NCBI GenBank assembly: GCA_977030845.1
Contig: OZ365113.1
Location: 21,762,001 to 21,826,000 of the forward strand
Reading direction: 5' to 3'
DNA length: 64,000 bases
Source of the DNA: Fimbriosthenelais zetlandica
Lineage: Eukaryota
This document shows positions 24,667-37,400 of this stretch, piece after piece (position 1 is the stretch's first letter; each line of letters opens with the position of its first letter). The position numbers and the translations under genes were made by a program. The notes under the pieces were generated by a model, which had not been told where the DNA came from, searched no databases, and saw nothing but the letters and a program-made list of their open reading frames with translations.

Positions 24667-24909
24667 TATGTTGTGTTATATGTTGAGCACATGTGGTCGC
24701 CATCTTCCCAGAATAGGCCTAGGAATGAATGACAAACATAATCTGCAACCATCCATCCCTATTCCTTCAATCAAATTTACTTTAAATGTGATATTCAGTA
24801 GGACTATATTAGAATTATCCATAGGAGCGGTTATTTTCCTTGTATTTTAAATTTAACTGGTCATTTTAGTTATGTTGTGTTGAGTTGAGCACATGTGGTA
24901 GCCATCTTC
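24667..24909. repeat. ~40-bp direct repeat pair inside the EnSpm element
   Basis: TATGTTGTGTT..GTTGAGCACATGTGGT.GCCATCTTC at 24667-24707 and 24871-24909. Confidence 0.85.
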
Positions 24910-25202
24910 TCTCCCTCCCTGTGTCACTCAAGCCCCCCACCCCCCAACCCTCTGTCAATCCCCCACTGTCACTGGAATAGAATTGTCCGAATTATGTGTT
25001 AGAATTTCCCAGAAATGATAACCGCGCCTGATGAAAGGTGATACTTCAGAGATAAATAAAAGCCCCAATAAATGTTTAAAACTAAAATTCAGACAAAGCA
25101 CATCATTGATAAGTAATCCCCTGACGAGAGGCCACCCTCACTGGTTACATTGATACTACACTGAGTTGCCTCACTTGAATTAGCACTTTAATTCTATTCC
25201 AG

Positions 25203-25308
25203 TCGCACTTCTACTCAAAATTGATCCGGATCATCAGATGGAGAGAGAAGACCAAATCTGAGGGCCCAAGAAAGAGGCAGAAAGTGTCTCACTTTGTGGA
25301 ATCTGCTA
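25203..25308 (+). pseudogene. Exon of EnSpm accessory gene remnant (SHFYSKLIRIIRWREKTKSEGPRKRQKVSHFVESA)
   Basis: Acceptor TTAATTCTATTCCAG ends at 25202 and donor GTAAGT starts at 25309. Only one frame is open across the 106 bp, and it contains a basic NLS-like PRKRQK. Confidence 0.55.
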
Positions 25309-25542
25309 GTAAGTACTTGCTCCTTCATTCAGTTACAAGTAATTATTTCATAAGCTATATATAATAAGCTCAGTAGTACTAACGGTACATTTATTAAAGT
25401 ATTAGGTTACCATGCACCAATTTATTAGTTTCATTTTCTTTAAAAGTACCTAGGTAAAACGAATTTTACTTTGAAGGTATGATACTCTTGCCCATCATTT
25501 GGCTACATCATTATTGATTCCATTCTTTATTTGTATTACCAG

Positions 25543-25885
25543 TTGAGGAACAACCAGTCTATTTGATAGCGACAAATGGGACCGTGCCAGAATCGCCAGA
25601 CTACAGCGGGACACCTTCACCGCACGGCGAAACTGGATGAATGGTGTCCGTGACTGTGAGGTCCGTGCTCTGGTATAGGAGTACCCAATCCTTCAAGATG
25701 CCCAGTTCATCGAGAAGGAGTTCGGTCTCCTGTACCCAGTCTCCTTCGTCAGGAAGAACCTGGACCAGACCATCACACTAGTGGAGCAGGTGATGGGGAA
25801 AGTGGGTACCGAGGGTGAGGACGGCTTCATGAGGCTCATGGAGCTGCTCAATAAGACCCTCGTGATGAAGGGAGGATGTGATTGA
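25543..25885 (+). pseudogene. Terminal exon of EnSpm accessory gene remnant (SAMD3-like/TnpA-like family)
   Basis: Acceptor TTTATTTGTATTACCAG ends at 25542, followed by GC-rich codon-like sequence. From 25565 it reads DSDKWDRARIARLQRDTFTARRNWMNGVRDCEVRALV*EYPILQDAQFIEKEFGLLYPVSF...GGCD*. The TF..RR...YP.L......EF pattern resembles 'SAMD3-like' accessory proteins of animal EnSpm elements (recalled, not searched). There is an in-frame TAG at 25676-78 and an apparent frameshift near 25560. Confidence 0.6.
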
Positions 25886-26389
25886 ATTCTGAATATTAAT
25901 GGATGATATTGAACAAGGTATTGATTAATGAGTATTGATTAGTGATTACTTGACAACTTCTTAAATGTACATGTATGATGACATACATCTGTGTGGCATA
26001 GCATGATTAATGAGTAATTTTTGGTGATGATATAATTATATGATATATAATTTGATGAATGAGAAATGATTGATTATAATTATGGAGTTTTCTGGTCAGT
26101 CATAGACATTTTAACATAGATTTGTTTGATAAGTTTGTAAATATCCATTCTAATGTCCTGCATGATGCCAGTTGTGTAACAATTACATTGGAAAGGAAAT
26201 AAAAATGATCAACAAAAACTATGTCTCTTGGATTCAATTGACACCCCCCTTCTCACCCACAATTCAGTATATGCAGCAAAATTTTGTAGACAATACACAT
26301 TTGGTGAAACGTTATATTACACGCTCGGCAATATCCGAGTTACTAGTCACTATAGTACACACCTGACATTTATCTAAACATTCTTCTAA

Positions 26390-26785
26390 ACATTTAACAA
26401 AACACGAGACAGTAACATTATGTAAACACCGGCAATACAGCTGACGATATAAAGTACGGTATTTGACATTATACGTTTAAGTGACGGCAAACGGTTTCAT
26501 TAGACAGTTGACACTATTGTAGACGCTAGCATATTCGAGACAGAAAACGTTTAACAGCACGGTTGACATTATCAGAGACGCAATGCATTCGCAATACTGT
26601 AGACAATCTGTGAGACGTTTGACATTCCGAAGACACTTATTTCTTCTGACATTATGGTAGACATGTTACATTATGTGAGACGGTGTACGATTTCTAAACG
26701 CTAAACGGTTTTGGACCGTCTCAAAAGGTGTGACAAAAACAGCGTCTCAAAAAACGTCTCCTGGCTAGACGGTCTTTTTCCAGTG
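26390..26785. repeat. Right subterminal repeat array and TIR of the EnSpm element
   Basis: Recurrent GACATT/AGACG/AAACG units (e.g. TGACATTAT at several positions), ending in TAGACGGTCTTTTTCCAGTG followed by TA. Confidence 0.8.
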
Positions 26786-28304
26786 TATAAAATCTTTCCA
26801 GTGAAGAGTCCTTTCTTTTCGACCACAACCGCCAATAGGTCCGCAATTTTAAAAGTGGACAAAAATGAAGACTTTTCAGAAAAAATAAAAAGATGGCTTA
26901 AAGATCGGACTTGTGAATGCTACAGGAACTTCCCTGAAGATTGGTGAATGTAATTAAAAATCTTCCCAATCGAATAAACAAAAATTACGCCTTTCATTAA
27001 CACTCATTTGCAGAATTCATTTGGAAATCATAATAATTACACCCAAGTGTATTGAAGGAACTGATGGAAACCAAATTTGCTTGGATTCATCCACGAGACA
27101 TGGGCCGTCTGCCATGACTGGTCGCAGGCCACTTCTGATTGGTTTCTCAGTCGGTGGTCCTTGCTGGTTAGAATTTGAGCACCCACTGATTAAGTTTGAT
27201 AATTCAACAGTTCTTGAATTGGGTTTTTGTAATTGAATCAGGTCCTCTCTTATTTTATCATGGAGCTCTTCCGAAAAAGACCAACAAAATAATCATTTCC
27301 GAACTTAAATAAACTAATACAAGATGACTTGATTTTTCCCGGACCCGGGCAGGCAATCTTGTTTTCCTACAGGCATCTTAATCAACTGGTGATAAAATGT
27401 AAAATTACAAGGAATGCTCCTCCCAGACAATTCCAAGCGACCACAAATTCTACACTAAATGCGTTTAGAAATCCTACATGTACATAACTGATACTGACAT
27501 CATCCTTATGCTTCAAGCATAAGACGCGTTTTCTCAGGATATGCATTCAACAAAAAACAACACTGATGGACCAACATCAGAAGCTACCCAGGATAAATGC
27601 TCTATTTTTCTCTCCAAGACAAAAATATATTAGCTTGACAGATATCAACCAACGAGAAACACATCTACCTGAATGCAACAGACAAAAACAGGTCCAAAAA
27701 TAAATATCAAGAGAGGCAACTACATAGATGTAGACGAATCAAGGAAAGTTATGCATATTTATACATCCATGTAATCTAGAATTCTCCCAATTGTGAATCG
27801 GGACTCCATGAAGTCTAGTGTAAGGCGCAAATTATCGACCATTCTCTTCGCGAAGATTGACAACATGAGTAAAGAGACAGGTCCCCACTTCAATGCGAAG
27901 GCTTCTGAAGATATGCGGAAGATAAATTTACATTCAAAGCCAACCCAACTGTTGGTTGTCAAATAGTCCTATTTCATGCGTCCTTATAATTTGGCGTGCC
28001 AATACAAAATGATGGCCCTAGCTTTGTTCATGTAGGCCTACTTCAATAAATACTTAGAAAAACAAAGCTCAACTAACTGATGAATGTTGATGAAGTGGAC
28101 CAAGGCCTTTATGATAGTGGCTGTCAGCAGCTTGTTAGGGCAGATAGAGGGAGACTGGTATGACATATTAGTCGGTAGGTAGTGTGGATAGGAGGAGGGT
28201 AAAGGTGAGATGGGAGGGTATGGACATACAGCGAGATGACTTTAAGCCCAATTTCACGGGATAGAAAGGCGCCAGAACTATACAGACCACGCAAATCTTA
28301 GAGA

Positions 28305-28402
28305 ACCATTCAGTAGCTAATTTTACTTTCGAACCACTAAATTATCAATTTACACCATTCAGTAACTAATTTTACTTTCGAACCACTAAATTATCAATTT
28401 AC
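28305..28402. repeat. Tandem duplication, 2 x 49 bp
   Basis: ACCATTCAGTAGCTAATTTTACTTTCGAACCACTAAATTATCAATTTAC is repeated immediately with one substitution. Confidence 0.95.
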
Positions 28403-31400
28403 AAATGGCAAAAAAAATATATAATAGCAAGAAGGTAAGATTTCTGATGAAAGACCTGCATGGAAAGTTTTCTGTGAAGTTGTGTTCGTTTGTCCAATGG
28501 AACAAAATACAACCGACGAAAGTAGCATTAAAGCCTCAGGAAAAGAACAACAGAAAACAAATGAAAAACGAAGAAAGTTAATAGTAAATGGACACCAGTC
28601 ATAGTTCTGTGAATGTTGAAGCTTTGAAGAGAAGACTGCGGACGATTAGGAACTTTGATGAAGTATAAAATGAGAGTCTGAATGGGCAAAAATGAACGTA
28701 CAAGGAGTGCACTTCTGTATCAGCATCTCTATATTGTCAGGAAATCATATCTACGTCTCTTGAATAGAGGAGACTTTGAAATTTAATGAGAATCCAAGGG
28801 AATTCAGAGATGAATTTATCAGCCGAACAGAGATACCATGGGGGTGATTCTGATAAGTCTTCATATAATATACTAAGAATGATAGATAGAATATACAATT
28901 AAATCACCTGAGGGCTTTTCCACATTTTATATTATTAATGTTTCACAATTGAGTGGAGATGCACCAAGTAAACTCCATATTTCATGAAATGGCTCGACAT
29001 TATGAGTTTTACTACTTCTACAATCTGGTGTTTTGAAAAAGTAAATCTGCTGGCATTCAAAAGAAGAGACCCTGGGGGCAAGGCGGCGACCATATATAAG
29101 ACATCTTCTAAATGTCCATCGCCTGTGTGGGCGGTTTTCTTAAGGAAGCCGAAGGGAGAGCGCCAGGTCGTGCAAGTGACAGTGTAATATGGTGTTTGGC
29201 AGGCACTGGTGTGCTAAATAAGTGATGAGAAGGCCCTAGACTACTGGACATCATGAACACCTACCCCACTGTTCTACACATCCACACTGGCCGGTTTCAC
29301 TCGGATGAAATTCACGCGCGTTTCATTTTTAAAAAGACACAAAGTAGTGATAAGCTGTTCTCCTAGAGAGCATTCTGATGGAATGCATCAGGATTGAAAC
29401 TAAGGGAGTTTATGGCAATAACTCTGGTAGTGTCATTTTTTTTCAAAACCTATTCAAAAGTCATCTATGAGCTTACGCAAACATGAGGTACCAAAAGGAG
29501 GAATTAAGCGATCAACACGATGATTAGTCCTTTGGCAGATGAGAAAGTAGTGAAGTTTTACGATATATCAATAGACCATCGGGTATGGGGGCGATGGTGA
29601 ACGGATATAGTAAAGGAATTTTCTCAAGACAAAGATGTATATGATAAAAACAAGTAATCAATTTGTTAGGGGAGGCTGTATGAAGGGAGCCTGTGCCCAC
29701 ATGTACATGGTAGGAGTGTTAGTAAGACGCTTCCAGCGCAATCTCCAGGATCTCCTTCTCTGAAGAAATCCCCAGATCCCAGCGCTCGTCAAACTGGTGA
29801 GGGGGGCGGTGGTATAGTGGTGGTCAAGACCGGAGGCTCAAATGGTGAGTGAGGGAGGCCCGGTCCTTTGTGATAAACGCGCGACAGGGTTCAATGTTAA
29901 GTATACCCCACCATTGGTATAACGCTGCCATTGGCAATGTTTACTTACATACATACTGAATATTTTCACTGGGAAAAATGATCAGAATCTTCATGTCATA
30001 AAATCAATGGTTTCAAAGAAGGGTATACATAAAAGACAATGAACTGCATAGTTCAGGATAAGGACAAAAGACACCATCCCAACCCCCCTTCCCAAGTTCC
30101 TAAACCCCAGAGTGAATAGACCATCATGCATACAGGGGAATGCCCTATAAGCGACTACACAAGATGGCCATCATATCTTGTCATACACACCTCTGTGAAC
30201 ACGATTCTGGCCAGTGGACCATGAGCCAACATCTGTAGCATACAAGGCAGTTGTCAGTCCTCCAAAAGACACAGCAATATGGACTTGCTCAAAGGGCATT
30301 CAAGCAAATCCTGGACGAGCATTTTCTTCTCCCCTTCTTCTGAAGGATCAGCTCGGAATCTGCTCAGAATAAGCTCAGAGCAAAACCAGTTGATTTACAT
30401 CATTGCGCTAGGTTGGGGGGAGGACTTGTCTGTGGTAGAAAGAAGACAGAGAAAAACACTAAGATCCTATAGCCATGACCCCCCAGCCACCAACGATGTA
30501 GACACCAGAAACCTCTCGCAAGCAAAGAGAAGATGCCAAGTGGGCAAGCGCTGGGTGCTTGAGACGTTCGTTTAAACGTCAGATGCTCTCTTAGCGCGAA
30601 GGAACAAGAAAAAACACTTGCCCTAGAACATGTCTGTTGCCCCTCAACAGTGCCCTCTGGGCAATGAGCAAAGCGATGGCTCCAAGCATTAATCTAAGAA
30701 TTCCCTCGATGTGTTTGAAAGACCATTATATTCAATAAGGATTCAAAGCGGACAACACATGATTAAACTTTAATGGCTGGCAAGCATCGTGAAGCGTTAC
30801 CTGGTAGCAGGCAGACTGCGGCAGTTATTTGGTGGGAAAAACCGTTTCCTGTGTCGTCTGTTTCCGGACCAGGGGGATGTTGCCGAGACCACAAAAGGTT
30901 TGTGTCCCAATTAGTACGACAAAAGAAATACCCTCATTTGCCTGGGTTGCCTACATGTTAAAAACACCAGGGGTTACTGTAGCAACCATTTCTGGTGATT
31001 TCCATTGACAGGGAGGAGATTGGAATAGTATAAAGAAAGTGAATTAATCTGGTTCTATGTATAGGACAGGACGAGTAAAAGTGTTATAATAGGGTTAACC
31101 TTGAAATGGATGACCCAAGTATAATGGATTGAAACGCTGACAATTAGGTCCGTGCCATTGGAGAGACCAAAGACTAAAGGTTGGCCGAGAAGTGATTAAT
31201 GATATAGAAGATAGTGGTGCAGCCTCCCAACTAGCTTAGTTCCTGCACGTGCCGTTGCCAGGGAAATAGGAAGGAAATGGCAGAAAGCCTATGGGTGTGT
31301 GTGATAGTAGAATGTATTGATATGATGATCAAGGCTCGGTAGGGTGGCTGGGGTTGCCGGTACCTGCATGGGGGGCTAAAGTCAGCCACAGGTGGGGCAT

Positions 31401-34400
31401 CAAAGGTGAACAAATAGAGCTGGCAAGCAGGGCCTGGCTCCGGTTCGCATATTCACCAGAAAAAAACTCGCAGGAAATCTGTCAGCTATTCCAAACCAGC
31501 CCAGCCTTAACAAAGCTGTGATATTAAAACCATTTGCAAAGAGAAAACAGTCATGCATTTGTTGATGTTAAGTCAATAAAATTTCTTGGAAGGAATATGG
31601 TGTTTGCCACGATTGTGAAAGGAATTGGATTTTGCAACGAAACTGATCATGGAATTCTATATCAAGCTGGAAAAACTGGATGATCTTGCTTACTTGTAAA
31701 TGGGTTGAAATGTATTGGAAGAAAAGACATGATAGTTAATTCAAATATTACTGGATTATCAATCAATTTTGTTTGCCTGGGATCTGTTTTCTTCCAAGAC
31801 AATAATCTCCAGTCCATTTACTCCATCCTCATTGATGACGAGTGAAATTATGGCGAGGTAATACATCCCAATCAGTGAGACATTAGCGTTAATGGGAAAA
31901 AAACCACATACAAATAGAAGAGAGTACAAACGATGCAATGACAACCTGCGGTATGAACACATCAATCCATGTGTCAAAAAGTCCCCATCTCCTTTTAATC
32001 ACGTTTACCGTGAGATAATTGGTATGGGCATTAAAATGATTGGATCCTTTTAGAATCTTTGAGCAAATTTAGAGCGACGTCAAAAGCTCATTGAGGAAGC
32101 CTTCATCCTGCACCGCACCACCCGTCCGTTTCTGTCTCAACGAAGACTTCATCTGTTTAGGAGGTGTTTTAAGTATAACAAAGACAGGGCTGGGTGATTT
32201 TGCTCACTAAAACTGCGTGCAAGGAGCGAGATAAGCGGGTTAGGGTGAGGAGGGAGGGGAGAGCTAAAGGAAAGTAGTTGAGATAGGACATTGGAATGGA
32301 TTATCATTGCATGGTGGCAACCCACACTCGTCAATACTGGGGGAAGCAATCTAGAGGGAGAAGGGGAGGAGAAGCACCTTCCGTCTGGGATTTTATTTCA
32401 TCAAGTTCTTCAATATATCCTTCCTGTCACTGGATTACCAACCAGTGTGTATATGTGTGCAGATGGGGGTTGGGTGGGTACTGGAGGCACAGAGGATAGG
32501 CGAATGAAGAAGCGAGAGGCAATGCTTTGATTAGAAAGTTTTTGCCAATTAAAAAGAAACAACTGCCACTCGAGGCTCAAGGGAGGAGGGGGCATAGTTG
32601 TCTCTAATTCGGTTTCCATGAATATGCTTGGATATAGCAGGGTAGCAATGTTTGTTCTGTATGGGATACAACAGGGAATATGGGGGGAAATAATATCCAT
32701 TTACATTACATACTTCCAAGACTGACTCTGAATTACTTCATCCGTCATTTCTTATACTCATTCATTTAACGTTTTTTTCCTTTTGGTTAATATTTTAAAA
32801 CAGTTATAATCTAAATAGAGGCCCATCTGCCTGGACTTTAATAGGCACCTGCTGGTAATCAAGTTTACACAAAGAGTTTTTTTATGAAGTAAAACAAATA
32901 CCTTGTTCACCCCATCGAGAGGAGCCAGAGACTAATCAAATCACACGCTATATAATTCTTCTCGATACATCCGAATGAAATATTAATATTCATTTCTTTC
33001 ATTTTTCTGATCTCCCAAGCGGATCAACACAACTCAAAACAAGGTTGACATTCACGATAAGGTAGAGTAATATAAGTTTCAATTCATCATCATGTAGCTT
33101 TAATCAAGATCAAGAATCAATAATAATTCCACTTTCTTTGTCTGATTCAACTTCAACGCCCACACAGAAATTAAAGATCAAGATAGCCCGTCAAACTACG
33201 ATAATCAGGAGACTTTTACTTACCATCAAAACTGGATATGAACATCAAAGAGTATCTATCCAACGCAGACACCCTCCTATATTGAAGAGAAAAGAAACGC
33301 ATAATGAATCACCCAAAAAGAGTTCACTTTCAATCATATAACTCATCTTTGTGGTGGTTAATTAAATATATAATATGCCCTCCATTGAATGCTTAATGCA
33401 GGACAATAAAGGTTTGCATTATTCAGCGTAATAAAACACTGCCAATTCATGGAAGAAAAGCGTCTTTCTTGAAAGGTCATTAACAATTGTATGCGAATCC
33501 AGAGCCATCCTTTCACTGGATTTAACCGATTGAATTGAAGCAATTGACAAAGGCTGTAAATGGATGACCCAAAGCTTATGATTTTGAGGCCCTTTGTACA
33601 AGATGATGTATACATACGAGTCTGAAGAAAGTATATAGTATATGGAATGAGGTAAATAGTATATATATAGTACTGCCATTAAGCAGTACATAGAAGTAGT
33701 ATATGGAATCAGGACTTTGAAGGAGGCTCATACATGTAGGGGTAGGGATGATTGAGCTTCTACACATTGGCACTTTTGCCATCATGACTACCGTTTGCAC
33801 AAGTAATTAAAACCCACGCTTCTATTACTCATGACATATGTGAGGCACTGATAAGCAGGGGAGCTCTGGGGATTAAATCCATACAGGATTCACATGATGA
33901 AGGTAGGGGATTCAGTCAGCAGGCAGTCGGTTTCAAATGTTTACATCAGCTACAGAAAGAAAAGCACTTTGCCCAGGAGCCGAATATTAGCCATAGACTT
34001 AGCATCGCTGATATTCCCTTAGAAACAGGCCCCAGCACATATTAAATTTAAAATGGAATGGATTGAATATGTATATTTATTTGATATGCCCAGTTAGGAT
34101 ATCATTTGACTTATGAATATAACTATGCAACCGTCTATAGATTCAAGAATCACTGGTATCCTGTCAGTGGGGAAGTAAGCCCAAATTGCGTCCAAGTTGA
34201 TATGTAAGCAACAGTCATGGTGGCATACCACAATTCCGCACCTGGCATTAGTTCAAGATTTTGTGCCAATTTTCGTCGTAGTTCAAAGAAACATGGAATA
34301 AATCATGATCGTGCATCATGACTTATGCCAGGCCATGGAAGAAAATATAATCTCTCAGTTACAAATGGGCAATTTTAATTCAAATTAGGTTGGCAATTCA

Positions 34401-37400
34401 GTTCTTCCTTATACATAATCTGAGATACAGATGTTCTTGTACACTGATTTCTATTTTTCTATTTCTTACTTTCCATTTCTATTATACTTTTTTCTTATAT
34501 TCCAAGATACAGATGATCTCGTACACAGCAATGGCTTTAATCTACCATCAAATAAATACCTAGAAATCAGCAGCCTTCCTCGACCAAATCGTTACTATAG
34601 AAGGGTCTATATCAGGAGCCAGACAGCTTAACGTGAGTGTACTCGGGTACAATGTTTGCCAAATGATTTCAACACGAAATGCTATTTGGGAATCAATTGT
34701 CAAAAGTTAGACAAAAATTACATTAGTGCAACAGAGGTTTTAGAAATCACATTAGAGGGTTGTGCGAGGGGGCACAACAGGACATTGCATTTAGCTCTCC
34801 AAGTGAATCTTTTATTTACAATTCCAGTCATTGACTGGCTCATTGGTTGCCCACTGTATGTTTACCACCCTCGTGCGACTGTCCACCGCCTCCCTGTGTT
34901 CTCAATGGTCCGAATGAGAATTTGGGAGGCACCCAACATGGCATAATGTATGTTTAGTCACCAAATCCCAAAACCCTGCAAATTGCCCCATGCCATGCAA
35001 TCTCACGATAAGTTCCAAGGGAAGGATCTAGCTTTTGCCTTCTCTTAAATCCCACTTCTTCCTCCTCCCATAAACCATACAGATCTCTTGTATAGAGGAG
35101 ATGTGGAGGCTATATATATAACAGGTTTTTTTCCACATCTTCTCTTCTTCTCCACCTTTCCCCATCTGCTGGTATTCTCCCTGCCAGTCTGAGTTCAATA
35201 TCTCAAGCACACGCAGGCCTACACATCTATAGTCAACTCTATGGCCTATATAGATAGAAATAACCGAAAAATCGTATTGGTTGTAGTATGCCAAGTTTTA
35301 GCCCGAGGGTAACCCCGTCCCACTCACAGAAACCAATACAACTTTTTAGCTATTTCTATATTTATGCTATCCCTCAAGAAATGTCAAAAAATCATGGGAA
35401 AATAATTTTATTTATCGTTTTTAATCAAAGAATGAAAATAACAATTTTGCTCAGCCCTGGTTGATGTTGTGAGGTCGTTAACCAATCAGAGTACAGATAA
35501 TTTGGTCGACGTCATGGCGACGCCAATCAGAGAGCAGGAAATTAGGCCACCAATAGTATCACCCACCTCCATGATATCAAGGCCCAATGTTAATCCTATT
35601 ATGGACAACTAATATCAGGGAGAGCATTAAGGCACATACTGGAACTGGATGACATTTGGTACCTCTATTGCACATTATCCTACTGCATGTCATAATATGC
35701 ATTTGGCTGAGCAGATGCAGGCAGTTCGTAAGTACATTGAGTCCTTGGCTGAATGTGGGAGAGGCTCAGGTTATACTTCCTACAGCCCTTCTCCTCGCCA
35801 TTTGAGCAAGACATGATGTATAAAAAAGCGAGGTTGGAGCAATCTTAGATCTGGTCACTTGACTATTGGTTATGGTCTTTATACATCATGAAGAGTGAGT
35901 CCCTCGGGTAGAGGGTATTGGTCATAAACAGCAGGGGTAGGGGATAAAAGGTCTCCATGGTAGGGGAGCCGCCATCGCTATATATGAGCATGAAGGGGGA
36001 GATATGGCTGGATCAGTCGCTTCATGATCGAAGCATTATGGCACCCCTGTTTCTGAGCTCTCAATCAGTCGGTAAATAAAGATCCACTTTGATCTGGGTT
36101 AGTAGGGTCTTCACCCTAAAGGAGATTTTTCTCGGGATGAATTCTGGAAAAGCTTCTGAGATGCAAACCTATAAAGGGCCCAAAGGTTTGCAACAAGTAA
36201 TATGATATTGCTACTATTGAATTGCTGCATTTATTATTGATACATCGCAGATATTAACTTTCCAGTTATACAGAAAAGGGAGATCATATATTCCCATCTT
36301 TTTTATTGAAATGCAATCATGATAGGTTTCTATTTTTATCCTCATAGCGCTAAGGTTGAATGTCCGCTAGATGAAGATACTGAGGGCATGGATGTGGCAT
36401 GGATGTGGATGTATATATGTATATATTAATGAACTCATATCAAAGACATATTAAATACACACTATCGGATTATAAGATTATTGCTCAAGTTGAGATTACT
36501 GCACTATATGAAGTCCCGGTCATGACCTGTGAAATGGGAGGTGATTATTAGATCATTCCATTATTCATTAGCCACCTTCATTCTATACCTGCCTTTATTC
36601 ACATAACAGAAAAGGTCAGGGGAACATTGAGAATCCTGGAACAAAAGACCAAGCTATTTAATTAATATGTTTGCATGCTGAACTGTAGGCCTTTATAGTG
36701 GACATGAATTAATTCTTTCCATCTTCATTACCATCTTCCCTATTTTTGTTTTAGGAGTTTATTGCCAGATCAGTAAGTTTGGGGATATTGTGTTTAGATA
36801 GGTTTTGATTACAGCTTGCTGTATCTCAATGTATTCTGTATTCAAACCATGGACAGGCAACACCTGGGCCTGAGAGTATGCCGGATGTTACATTATATAT
36901 GGCACCAGTAAAGTAAGACCAATGAGTTAAGGTCAGGGTGTATGACCAGCAGGCCTGCTAGGAAAGGATGTTGAACATCGGGCCAACTGCTTCCATATAT
37001 AAGATCAGCAACCTTGATACTTAAAGTTCCCCAGGACCATGTTGAAACTTCCCAGTGACTACAGGCCACTGTGGTAGCTTCGAATGTTGGAAGTATTCCA
37101 AATTAGCCATAAGATTTCATTAAAAGTCCTAACAACATAGCAACATCTGAACTCAAAGCCTGGAAGACGAGTTGAGTGCATGGAAAAATATTCCAAGGAG
37201 AAAAGCATTATTTTTCAAAACATACTTTGGATATTTCTAACTTGAAAAAAATAACGGTATGGGGGAGGATGGACGACAATGACAAAATAATAGGCTGCTA
37301 AGAGGAAAAAAGCAAGGACAGTCTACGAGTGGAGCGACACGACAGCCATGTACGTGTCTTAAGATAAAATGCCCTAAGCCTTTCACTCTCCGCTGTTATA

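Larger units (their letters stand above)
22660..26785 (+). mobile_element. Non-autonomous EnSpm/CACTA (CMC superfamily)-type DNA transposon, 4126 bp
   Basis: The left end TA|CACTGCAAAAAGGGCGTCTA matches the reverse complement of the right end TAGACGGTCTTTTTCCAGTG|TA (CACTGGAAAAAGACCGTCTA) at 17/20 positions. TA flanks both ends (22658-59, 26786-87). Both ends carry GACG/AACG-rich subterminal repeats, and there is an internal spliced accessory-gene remnant. CACTG termini with a 2-bp TSD are typical of animal EnSpm elements. Confidence 0.8.

Noticed and set aside
31104-33572. Exact 15-bp direct repeat AAATGGATGACCCAA at 31104 and 33558 as LTR or element ends
   Set aside because: One or two 15-mer matches are expected by chance in 64 kb, and similarity does not extend.
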